Origin: Lama glama
Lineage: Eukaryota
Assembly: GCA_028534125.1 (NCBI GenBank)
Contig: CM052816.1
Span: 49,974,001-50,038,000, forward strand
Direction: 5' to 3'
Length of the DNA: 64,000 bases
A program made the position numbers and the translations under genes. Each line of letters starts with the position of its first letter. The stretch's first letter is position 1. Below, in pieces: positions 26,601-37,445 of this stretch. The notes below the pieces were generated by a model, which was not told the DNA's origin, did no database searches, and saw nothing but the letters and a program-made list of their open reading frames with translations.

Positions 26601-27937
26601 GCTACCAGATGCAAAATACTTTGAACTAGCTTGTTCAATGACTAGCTTTCCTCATGTGTTCTTATTTTCTCTCCTGAATATAAAGGATGCCACCGTCATC
26701 CTCAGTAACAGCAATGAAGATTTTCTGATCAGCTTCTACCAGCAAGGCTGTGTGCTGGAAATTGAAGATGCAAAAATAGAATATCATCCCTTAGAGAGTT
26801 GACAGTACATTTGATTAAAAAAAAAACTAAATACATGAAAATATAAATAAAATACAAGGCAGTATGAAACTGGCCAATGAGTGCTCTTAAGAGTAATATG
26901 GGGTTGTGAGAGAGGAAGAAGTTTCTTAACACCAGAACAATCAAAGACAGCACAAAGAAGTAGATAGGATTCTCTCCATTTGAGTGCTCCTGCGAAATGG
27001 AACCTGGTTAATAACCAAATAGACACCAATGTATTGATAAAAAATAAGGAAAGAGTTCGGGCATTCTGGACAAAAGAAACACACCACGGGAACAACAGAT
27101 TACGAGAGAGGTGCTGTGAAACCAAAACCAATCCAGCAGACAAACTCGAGAACATGCAGGCACTTAACTTCTCAGGACCTGAGGGTATTTATCACTTGGT
27201 ATGATATTCCTGTGGCCTCACTAGCTTCTGGAACAGCTCTGCTCTTAACATTTGAACAATTTATGGCCTAATTACTTCGTTTGCCCTTTTGAAGAGTCTC
27301 TCTGCAGGACACTTTCTGAGTGACAGAACAAAAAGTGGGCCCTTGGAAAGTCAACCCCACCTCATTGCATTAAAAGCAAAATAACCTTTTATCAAATGCT
27401 TTGTGACCATTTAGAATATTGCATTTGTATTTTAATCATGGAGTTTAACAGGAATATTGCCAGTGGGAAGGACTTAATTACTAATGATGTCTTTCTCATG
27501 GTTTTACCCACATTCCCAAGGGATGCTTTAATGAAGTTCTGAGCCCTCAAACAAGAAAGGTCAAATGGCTTTCCTCCCCACCCCCATTCTGCTACCTCAA
27601 AGCGCCCAGAGCTGCATCTTCTTCCCAGCAGATGTTCAACCAGGTAGGATATTAGCCTGAGGCAAAAATTCCAGGAAACACAAACTCACAGGGAAGGAGT
27701 TCTCTGAAATTCAGTGGATAATAGAGCAGCCTCTTTTGAGTTTGGAAAGGAGATGAATTTAGGTAATCTTCATTTGAATAAAAATGTATATTCCATTAGA
27801 AAGGTAATATGCCAGGAGGAATACCACTCTGCTTGCAAATTTATTACATATTAAAGATTCATGATATTTTATATCGATATTTTTTAAATGTTGAAAATGT
27901 TCCTGCTATGTTTATACTACGCACATATTTAAGTTTT

Positions 27938-28021
27938 TATTAGGTTAGGCCAGATGAAATTGCCTTTTTGGGTAGGTCGAAAATGGTTGAATACTCCATT
28001 TTATCTAGTTCAACCCAATTA
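27938..28021. mobile_element. MADE2-like mariner-derived MITE
   Basis: About 80 bp with imperfect inverted ends: tattaggttaggccagatgaaattgcc...ttttatctagttcaacccaatta. Confidence 0.7.
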
Positions 28022-28448
28022 CCCAAACTGCCTTACAATTAGCAAAAAAAAAAAAAAATGCAGTTACATTTTATAACACCATTCTGACCTAGTTTTCATT
28101 CTCAAAAAATACTTTTACATTATGCTCGACAAGGTCTTTTCAAGATTTGCTGATAAACATACATATATACTATACATATACACACACAAACACACACACA
28201 CACATTAACTCTAAATGAGTATTTGCTTTTCCAGAATCTTGATTTTCAACTTTAATTTCTAGGCTCTGTATCTGTAGCACTTAGCCAGGTAAATTAAAGT
28301 AAAACCTTACATGAATTTTAAGCACCTAAGTCATTTTAAAAATTAATATGGAAGAAAATATGTTTTTTCCTGAAACTTAAGAAAGCTGATCTCCTTGCCT
28401 CCTCCAAAACAAAAACAAAATACCTCATTACGCCATGAAAGACGTTTC

Positions 28449-29025
28449 TGAAACGGAGCAGGACCCTGCAGGGCCCTGCCAGCTGCAAATTATTTGTGTG
28501 TCCTCGTTTCTTGTTTGTAGGAAATAGGATTCACTTCGCCTTCTAAACCTTCCCAGAGTTCCAAAGGGCAGACTCAAACGGCAGCTAATCAGGGAAGGCA
28601 GGGTATGCAGAAACAAAGGAGGCAGGTCAAGAAATAACTGCTGCAGCAGTGGGGCAGGGCTGTCCTTAATATGTCTGAGTTCTTCTGCAGGAGCTAAGGC
28701 CCCCACCCAGGTGGAGGATGATAACTTCAGGCTGAGCACGAGATTCCTGGAGCATGGCCCTCTTACCTACCAACAACCAGTCAGAAGAAAGTCACACACC
28801 TGGCAGCCCTCAAGCCTCATTTTGCCTATTATAAACTTCACCCTAGTTTAAAAAAAAAGAAGTAAAATTCACCCCAAAAACCGTCAGAGAGTTCTGGGTT
28901 TTGAGCACAAGCCACTGTTCTCCTTGCTTGGCCCTGCAATAAAAACTTTCTCTGCTCCAAACGCCAATGTTTGCATTTGTTTGGCCTCACTGTGCGTCAG
29001 GCACAGGAACTTGCATTCAGTAACA
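28449..29025 (+). mobile_element. ERV1-class solo LTR (possibly MER41-like), 577 bp
   Basis: TG...CA termini, 4-bp TSD TTTC (28445-28448 / 29026-29029), TATAAA at 28830-28835 and AATAAA at 28938-28943. Family assignment is from memory. Confidence 0.88.
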
Positions 29026-29515
29026 TTTCCACATAAATTATTAATGTTAATAATTAGAAGGAATCTTCATACATAGACTACTCTTTTGATATGATTTTCC
29101 TTGAAAAGATATTTGGGTCTTCTAATATTTTCCTACAACTTACACCTTTGTAAAATTATTTAGTCACAAAAATAGATTATTTATTTATTTACTTACTTGG
29201 TTTGATTTTTTTAACCAAAGGTCATTATAATGACTTTGCCCTTACGCATAATTATAATGACTGATCAAAGTAATGTATATCTCTATAAAGCAGTAAAAAG
29301 TTGTAAAAGGGAATTAACTAAACACAAAAATCTGTTTTAAAAGACTCTTAAAGCTAATTCCAATGTAAATTTCAAATAGTACACATGTGAACCCACAAAT
29401 GAATGGAAATGTATATAATATCAACAAATGCATCAATATCAGTAAAATTAAACACATACTATTGACTGGTTAAGTATTAAAATTAGTGTACTAAAGATCT
29501 TTTAACAAACACTAG

Positions 29516-29959
29516 TGTTGGGCTGCACCCCTGGCCCAGAGTCAGCAATTGAGACATCCATGGCTGAATGGATGGGGAAATCTTACACGTTGGAAGCCAG
29601 GTCCTGGAGCAACACACCATTGTGTGCACAGCAGACAGCCGGCGGTAGGAGAGTGATGTCGGCCTCCGCTACGGGAGGAGGAGCAAATTACCAGTTATAG
29701 CGGGAACTGAAGTCACGTTGTCTCATCAGTTACCAGGGAAATCAGCAAAGGGGCACGCCCCTCACTGCCCCTTTGATAAGCTATCACGGTGGAGATAGTC
29801 TCATCTAAAGCTAGAACAATGACTACCTGGGGCTGGGGGCAAGTATGTTGGAAAGACTCAGCTGTGTGAGTAGGGAGGGTGTGGGTAAAGCAGGCACTGG
29901 TCTAGCAGGGGATGGACAGAGAGCAAGAGAACATCTGTCTTGAGTGGCCCAATCCTACA
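29516..29959 (-). mobile_element. Probable second ERV solo LTR
   Basis: GC-rich block bounded by TGTTGG and CTACA within AT-rich flanks, with a TATA-like CTATAA on the minus strand at about 29695-29700. No clean TSD found. Confidence 0.5.
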
Positions 29960-30899
29960 GCAAGCAAGGAAGGGGAGGCAGGAAACAGGTGGGGAAGGAC
30001 CGACAAAACAACGATGGAAGCCTATCTCAATTGGTAGGGTTACACCTGAAATTTGAAAAAACAACAAAAAAACAAAAACTTTCTAGTGTAACTCACTGTG
30101 GTCTGACTAAGTTGCAAAACTGATGGTTTTACGTGGCTAATAAACAATTTCTGAAGAGAATGCATTACATTCTCTTAATGCTCCGCTGAAATAACTACAC
30201 GGAACAAACTGCAAAATAAGGAACAAGTGCTATATCCATGAGCCAGCTGATCCGAGTTACTCCCCAGGCAACTCCCTGAAATCAGGTGTTTAAGCTAAGG
30301 GAACAAGATCAGTAGTTAAACTAATTTATATGATTTCATAGCCACACACCACCAGCCTCGCCACCTTTATGGAGCTTTAATACAAAAACTGGAGGATATT
30401 TGTTTTTAAGTCTAATTCCTTTATGTTTCTTAAAATACATACCATCCTGAAAATTTACAAGAAATAGCATAAAAACTTTCCACAGTTAAAAGGCAGAGAT
30501 GTATCTTATTTTTATTGGCAGTTAATGTGGGGCCTACAGTATAACAGCTGTCTCAATAGCCACAAAATTAACGACGTAACATTGCAAAGCCTCGAGAGGC
30601 CTGTTCCCTGTGAGGACAAACAGGGAAAAATGAAAAGAGGCACCTTGCCCAGGTTTTGGAATTACAAGAAAGGTGGTGAATTGTCTAGGAATTCATTTTT
30701 AATTATTTCATTTCGAATACAACTGTCTTCATTTCGTGAGACTTTGTGTTTGGTTTGTCTTTGGAATAAAATCTTTCCGAGAGGTACGCGTTAATTTACC
30801 AAAGACTCGAATGGCAAGGGTGAGTTTACGGGCAGGAACCAGTGAAATAACACCAGGGAAAAGCTGGAAAGAAGTCTTTTTTTAAAAAAACATAGATCT

Positions 30900-31800
30900 C
30901 TTTCCCGCCTCTTTTCTAAGAGGACGCCGCCAACATGGCTTAGGTTTTATCTCCAAGACAATAGCGCCGCTCGCCGCCTCCGGCGCAGCTCAGACCGCGC
31001 GCACTGCCCTACTCGCGCCCCCACCTCACCTGTCCCCCTGCCCTATAAGTCACCTCCTCCTCCGGCGTCCCTGCCTCACTGACCCCCGTGGCTCACCTGC
31101 GCCCCTGTCCCACTGACGCCCCTACCCCGCTAGCTCTCCTCCCCCACGAGTCCCCCTGCCCCACCAATCCGTCTATTCTATCAGTCCTCTGGCCCTCCAC
31201 ACCCTCTGCCCCACCGGTTCCCCTGCCTCTCCAGCGCACCAGTCGAGCGGCGGCTGTCGTGACAAGCCCGCAGTCCCGCCTACGCCTCGCTAGCCGGAGG
31301 GCGAGAGCCCGGAGCGCGGCCGCGAGCCGCCGGACGCCTCCTAGCGCCCCGCATCCCAGGCTTTCAGGCCAACCGGCCTGCGTCTCGCCTCCTCCCTGGC
31401 TAGGGGCCTCCCGGGCTTGTTTGCTTGTCCTCATCCCCGGGCCAGCCCCGCTCCCTCCTCCGGTCGGCTGCAAAAGCCGTTTGCTTCCTGCGGTGTTTCT
31501 TTTTTTTCCTCTCCTAGGCTCCATCAAAGGTGGCTCTGTTATTGAAATATGAAGCCATTTCCTCTCCAAAACCCTTGGTTACTCAAGGCGGGAATCAATG
31601 GACCTATATACTCTCCCTGAAGTTATAAATAAATGTCTATTTGTTCAGGAGGCGTTTTCCCGCGTGTCCCAGCATCTTCCCCAGTGGTTATTTTAGGGGC
31701 GTGTCTGCGCGAGCGCGAGCGCGCCCTGTGCCCATCTGGTTCTAATCCTGCGTATGGATCCATAAGCCAACCCCACCCATCCTGTCTGCCCCTCGCATTC
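30900..31800. promoter_or_regulatory. CpG island upstream of HAPLN1 exon 1
   Basis: Sharp rise in GC and CpG (gcgccgctcgccgcc, cggagcgcggccgcgagccgccggacg, gcgcgagcgcgagcgcgc) against a CpG-depleted, AT-rich background. Confidence 0.85.
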
Positions 31801-32360
31801 TTCACTCTATAAATAAATCCAGGTTCTTTGAGCTCTGTCATCCAGGAATACAATAGCAGTTGTTTGTTAACAGAGATTCAAACCCAATATCGATACTGAG
31901 TCCAGTAAACAGTAAAGTATACTTCCGACAATTTGGGTGAAAGGGCACCTCAGCTTTGGGAAGCTTTATCCGCTGTTGTCATAATTACCTTTCTACCTGG
32001 TTACCCTGGATCTTCTTTCAGGAGAGGGAGACGGGAAAGCGAGGACCTCTCCTCCCCTTGGATTCTTCTTTTAAGCAGAGGCTAAAAAACAAAGCGAAAA
32101 TTCACTGCCCTGGCTTGTCTGCCTTACACCGCTGTCCCACGATCATTCCATAAGCCCCTTGCCCCATCCCCTCTAGACAGACTCGGGAGGTGTGGTGTGG
32201 TGGGGGCTTGTGGTTATAGCTGCCGCTTTGCCTGAACCCCTGAGCGTGTTACTCCGGGATCTGAGCAGAGGGGAAAGTCATCTAAGAGGCTGCTGTTTCA
32301 GAAGGTTTGGGTACAGAGCTGCCCCTCCCTTCCTCCCTGAAGTTTGCATGAAGTGCACGT
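31800..32360 (+). promoter_or_regulatory. HAPLN1: HAPLN1 proximal promoter region
   Basis: Repeat-free DNA between the CpG island and exon 1. No canonical TATA box about 30 bp before the presumed start. Confidence 0.6.
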
Positions 32361-32646
32361 TAGGCTGTAATTAGGGGATCTGGGAGGAGAACTTTCCTGG
32401 TGACGCTTTGCTTTTCTTCTGCTCTTGGTGAGAAAGTGCCTCCTTCTTCCCAGGACCAGGACCACTGCCATCCAGCGCCACAAAGAGACATTCTGCGCGC
32501 GCGCACGCACACACACGCGCGCGCACACACACACTTGCCCAGAGACAAACTTAAGGTGAGGGGAAAGAGCGCTGGCTTCAGTTGATCTCCAGGCTCCAAC
32601 TTCAGCAGGACTTGAGAGCATCTGAACTTCTGGATTTTAGGACAAG
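32359..32646 (+). other. HAPLN1: HAPLN1 exon 1 (non-coding 5' UTR); start approximate, 3' end set by the splice donor
   Basis: The sequence ...ctttcctggtgacgctttgcttttcttctgctcttggtgagaaagtgcc...gccacaaagagacattctg-(CA/CG repeat)-gcccagagacaaacttaaggtgag...ttgagagcatctgaacttctggattttaggacaag matches my recollection of the human HAPLN1 mRNA 5' UTR. It ends at AAG|GTAAAA (GT at 32647-32648), where the mRNA continues into the ATG-containing exon. Recalled, not aligned. Confidence 0.88.
32494..32534. repeat. Compound (CG)n/(CA)n microsatellite in the 5' UTR
   Basis: tgcgcgcgcgcacgcacacacacgcgcgcgcacacacacac, uninterrupted purine/pyrimidine alternation. Confidence 0.95.
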
Positions 32647-35600
32647 GTAAAACTTCCATCAATTTTTTTTTACTCTTTCGGTCAAACCTTGGGTGCCTTT
32701 AAGATCTCAGAGAGCAGTTCATATCATGATATACCTATACATTAAAATAACTTTTCTTATTTTCTTTTTTTGAGTTTAACATATCTCAACTTTTTTTTTT
32801 TAAGAATCATATTGTCAGATAAAATACTGTGCTGCAATAAACAAGCTCAGTCTAGACTGGGGCAAGAATAAAGTCTAGTACCAAGACTTTTGCTAATGCT
32901 ACTATAAATCTGGTAGATGCATGGTTTCCAAGTGGCAACTTTTACATGTGTATTTCAACAAGCATTTTATAGCACCTGAGATGAAAAAAGGATAGTACAG
33001 GCTGAAGGAAATGCTGAGGAATGGGACTGTCCATTCCAGATTCGTGAGCTTTCTTTTGGCGAATACATAGGTTAATGAGAAAAAGAAAGTTACTGTAATC
33101 ATAGGTAATACCTGTTAGACTGATAAACTTTGAGATGTTACCAATTCTGGTCTGGATTTCTCAACTTAATTGTGAAGTTACAATCACAGAACCATGATGC
33201 TTTTCATAGATAGAACGATGCTGGTGGATAATTTTAATGTACTGAAAATAAGCTTTTTAAAGCCATGATTGGTAAGATTGCTTTTAAAATTTTGCTTAAA
33301 GGAATTATTTGTGTTGAGACTGTTCACCTCCCTAAGCAAATCTCAACTCTTTTGGGCTTAAATGAAGTTGTTTTCTTCCATTGAGTATGACTGTTGTGTT
33401 CAAAGTAAGATGGTTTGTTATTTTGAAAATAAGTTATTTTGTTTTCATTTATCACTGGAAAAATACACAAAGTGCCCAGTACATTTGGGAGTTTTTAGGG
33501 TGGAAAGTGTTTCTGTACATGTTCCAGCGTGATGTCATAAAATCAAACATACTGGCTGGCTTCTTGGAAGCTAACGGTTCTTAAGAAATAAAGTCTGTGA
33601 ATTAATTTCTAAGTGAAATGTAATATTTATTCATTACAAATGTAGTTTCTGGTAACCATTTCTATTTGATTATTTCAGTGTACTAAATTTGCAGTAATTT
33701 TATATACACTTCAGTGACTTCAATATTTTAATGGAATCGTTAATGGGAATATTGTTCTACCAAAAATGCATCATATACATTCTTTGGATAACTCTTAATG
33801 TGATATTTCTTAATCCTTACATCAGCTTTTAACTTCAGTTTCACTTATTTTTACGAATAAAGTTTTTCTTTCAATAAGTAAAATAGAATGTATGCCAAAG
33901 GCCTACTGAGCATTTAAGGTTTAGTCTTGAGTCACTTTGGGGCTATCTGTTCTTAATAATTTAATTTTTAAGCTAAGAGAATGGCTACATGTTTTGGTAA
34001 CCTCTTCATAAAATTGGAAACAGCTTAAAAATGGGAAAATTAGATAAGGAGAAGTCATTTTGTTTAAATGTAACTTACTGAGCAAGCGAAAAACCAACAA
34101 CCTCCAGACCACTGGTCTCCAAAGAGAATGTACCCAGAGGCCAGTATTCCAAACAGGAGTGTTCAGTGGGTCTGGGCTTTCTATGAGGAACAAGCAAGAG
34201 GGGAACATCATGTTCTTATAAAGTGAAGCCATTTATTGTCAGCGAGGCCCTCTGTCTCAGAGGAATGACTGACACTGTAATTTAGAAGAACTAAAGATAC
34301 TTTCACAGAGAAGAATCAATTCATTATATCCCTAGTGGTTTCACTGCCTCCTCCTTCCTTTGGGAGCCAGTAACACATCCAGGATAAATACATTCGGCAT
34401 GCGCAGAAAGATGCTTTATGAATAGGTGGTCTACTGAACAGTCCTGCCTTTTAGCATCTTGGATGTGGAATGTTGGTATTTTCTGAGTGGTTGAAGCCTT
34501 TGAATCTTAAGGTAGCACAGCACTTCATCTTTGTAAAGATAAACAAGAGTCATATTCAGAAAATAACCCCCTTTTCTGAAAATCCTCATACTGATTTTCT
34601 TTTCATTCCCTTCTGCCTCATGCATGTTTTATTTTCCAAATTACATTCTTAAGATAATGGTAATCCACCAATTAAAATTCCAGCGAAATGCAGAGCAAAT
34701 TTGAAAATAACTTTCACAGTATAGTCTTCTGTTGCCTCTACTTAATTTTCCAACCTCCTGTATTTATTATTAGTAACCATAGTACTTAGTCTATGTTACT
34801 TAAATGTACTTAGTCTGTCATTCAAAGGTAATGACATGTTGTTGGGGAAAAACGAGGAGGGATGGAAACCTGAATATTCTTAGTATTTTAATCAATAGTG
34901 TTTAAGGAGGATTACAGGAAACAGTTGGTTAAACAAATATTAGGTGTAGAGTGGACACGATGGTATAAATTAATAATGCAGCTCTTTATTTACACTATGA
35001 AAGGGAGGGTCTGTGGTGGTTCCATGTGTGAAGCACAGTCCCTGTGTGCCACCTAGTGGATGAATCAAAGAACGCTTTCTCACCAGCCTCCTGGTAAAAA
35101 ATCCTGAGATTTCCATTCTGTTGACACTGAATACTAACTGTAGGCCAGACGTTGGGGTAGGTGCTCAGAGTAGAAAATGCAGCAAGTGACTTTTATATAA
35201 TTTAAAGTTCAAGGTGCCACTTAACAATTGATTGCATTCCTGGTAGTTGCATTTAAAATCAGTTTACTCTTTACTCAGTAATTTACCATCAACTTTCTGC
35301 CTCTAAGAAGATACCATAACTTGCTTCTAATACAGGATTTGTTTTTACACAGATGGCATGACCTAGCTCAAAAACAGGTGGGGAGAGTTTGTATCTTGAA
35401 TCACTTCCTCAAATGGAAATAAATGTAAAGTTTATCGTTACTGATTTTAAATGGGTAAATAATGATTAGCTTCAAAGGTTAGCACATAGATTCTAGCACA
35501 TATTATTACATATTCTTTAGTTTCTCTTAATTAAATACAAAAGATAAGAGTAAAAACTGCTTTTGGGTAGCCAGGTATGTTTTACGAAATACTGCTCTCT

Positions 35601-36368
35601 AACACTAATCATCAGCATGTAGAACAACTTACACATTCATATGCAGCTTTGAAGCAGTAAGACTGCTTCCATTAAGTTGATATAATAGAAAAAAAATCTC
35701 AAGCAAGAACAATTACAAGGAAAGCCACTGTTTGAAAGAAGCATCATGATATCATAGAAGATTAACCCGTCAGAATACTGCACTGAGAGTTCTGGAAAAC
35801 TTTTCTCCAAAAATTATTACTCCAATTGGCTCTTTGCAAGGTGTAAGACTTAATGGCAACAGTGTTCAGCATATTGGCATTAATCAAGTTCTGAAATTCA
35901 GACTGGAAGGAAAAATGCCTCAGTAGGGAAAAAATGATTAAATTGTTACTTGCTGAGCTCTGGAGGTGTAATCCACAAATCAAGTTAGGCCTGCTCGTGT
36001 GGAATGGAAGTTTCCTATTTAGGGGACTTTGGTTTGGTGTACAACAGTGAGACCTATGCTGTGAAAACAGAGCTGCTCATTAAGTATTTCTTCATTAATG
36101 CCACAAAATTATAGCCTGAATTGATCAGAGGCAATGACTGGAATCAACAACAATCATGTAAAAGAGAGCATGTTATCTTAATTCTTATTTCCAATGAGTT
36201 ATTAACTACCAGAAACACACCATTCTGTTAACAATTTCATCTGACCATCCTTGTGCTTTAGTGTGAATCTTAGACTCATTCTAGTGAGAGAGCTAATGAG
36301 AGATTGCCTGAAAGTCAGAGGTCCTCAAAGCAGAAATTTAGTCACGGACTGAAAAACTGTTACAGCAA

Positions 36369-36631
36369 GTTTAGGATTTGCAGATACTTACTATACATAA
36401 AGCAGGTAAACAACAAGACCCTACTGTAAAGCACAGGGAACTATATTCAATACCTTGTAATAGCCTATAATGAAAAAGAATATGAAAGGAATAATATGTA
36501 TATGTATAACCGAGTCACTATACTGAAATTAAGCGGAACATTGTAACAGTGTACACCAAAATATTATACACCATAAATTAACAACAATATTGTATGTAAA
36601 TCAACTATACTTCAATTAAAAAAAAAAAGAA
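36369..36631 (+). mobile_element. L1 3'-UTR fragment with A tail
   Basis: ggatttgcagatac...ctactgtaaagcacagggaactatattcaatac...tcaactatacttcaattaaaaaaaaaa. Confidence 0.9.
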
Positions 36632-37344
36632 AGAAGTTTTAATGGTTTCAGGTGACTCGATACTAGTTAAGAACAAACTACACAAAAGAGAATCAGCCAA
36701 GCTTTCTGAAATGGTCTGATGCTACTGGGTTCTTGGCTATATTGCAGTAACTCCACATAATGGCTTCTTACAGTGATGGATACCTGGAGGGGGGCTTGCT
36801 GGGACTGAGAAGTTCTTAGCTATATTCAGATAAAGTCAGGATTTGTTTAAAATATCAAATGTTGCTGGACTATTTTGAGCTTCTATTCATAGTTTTACAG
36901 CTCGACAGGGGGTAGGGGAGAGGTATCTGAGATGGGGTTATTGCTCGAAGGCCAGGAAGCTATTTGCAAAATAAAACAAAACAAAAACAAACAAAACAAA
37001 CTCACAGAGTCTTCTAAATAATTTAGAAAAATTACTGAAGTTCAGGGATGGGTTCTCAGTCCTGTAAGGGCAACAGAAATGTCCCCATTTTTCCAACCTA
37101 GCTTAACCCAAAGAGAACACAATTTACTCAACTGGTTACTAAATTCCAATTACTATATTCCAATTCCATTCACTGGATTACATCAAATCCAATTAAATTA
37201 AATAGCATTCAACTATTTTTATGGTAAATCTGGATTTTCCTAAACTTTTCACAAAGTTTTATGGATAATGTTTCGGCCTAGTCTCCACCAATATGATGTG
37301 AAATTTCCTCATTCTGACTGTCTTATTTGGAATTTGGGGCTCAC

Positions 37345-37445
37345 GTCCATCAATCATTCATGAGTTCATTTGTTCATTCAACAAAAATGTATTGAATACT
37401 TACTATTTTGCCAGGCACTGTGCTAGCTCTACATGCTGGGTCCTT
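37345..37445 (-). mobile_element. L2 3' end
   Basis: tcattcaacaaaaatgtattgaatacttactattttgccaggcactgtgctag. Confidence 0.7.

Noticed and set aside
31088..31569. Overlapping 154-aa (+) and 158-aa (-) ORFs
   Set aside because: Low-complexity P/R/A/G-rich translations are expected from stop-codon depletion in a CpG island; no recognisable domain.
31845..31870. Possible paired SOX9 dimer site (acaatagcagttgtttgt)
   Set aside because: Half-site spacing and sequence do not fit the usual SOXE inverted-dimer arrangement.
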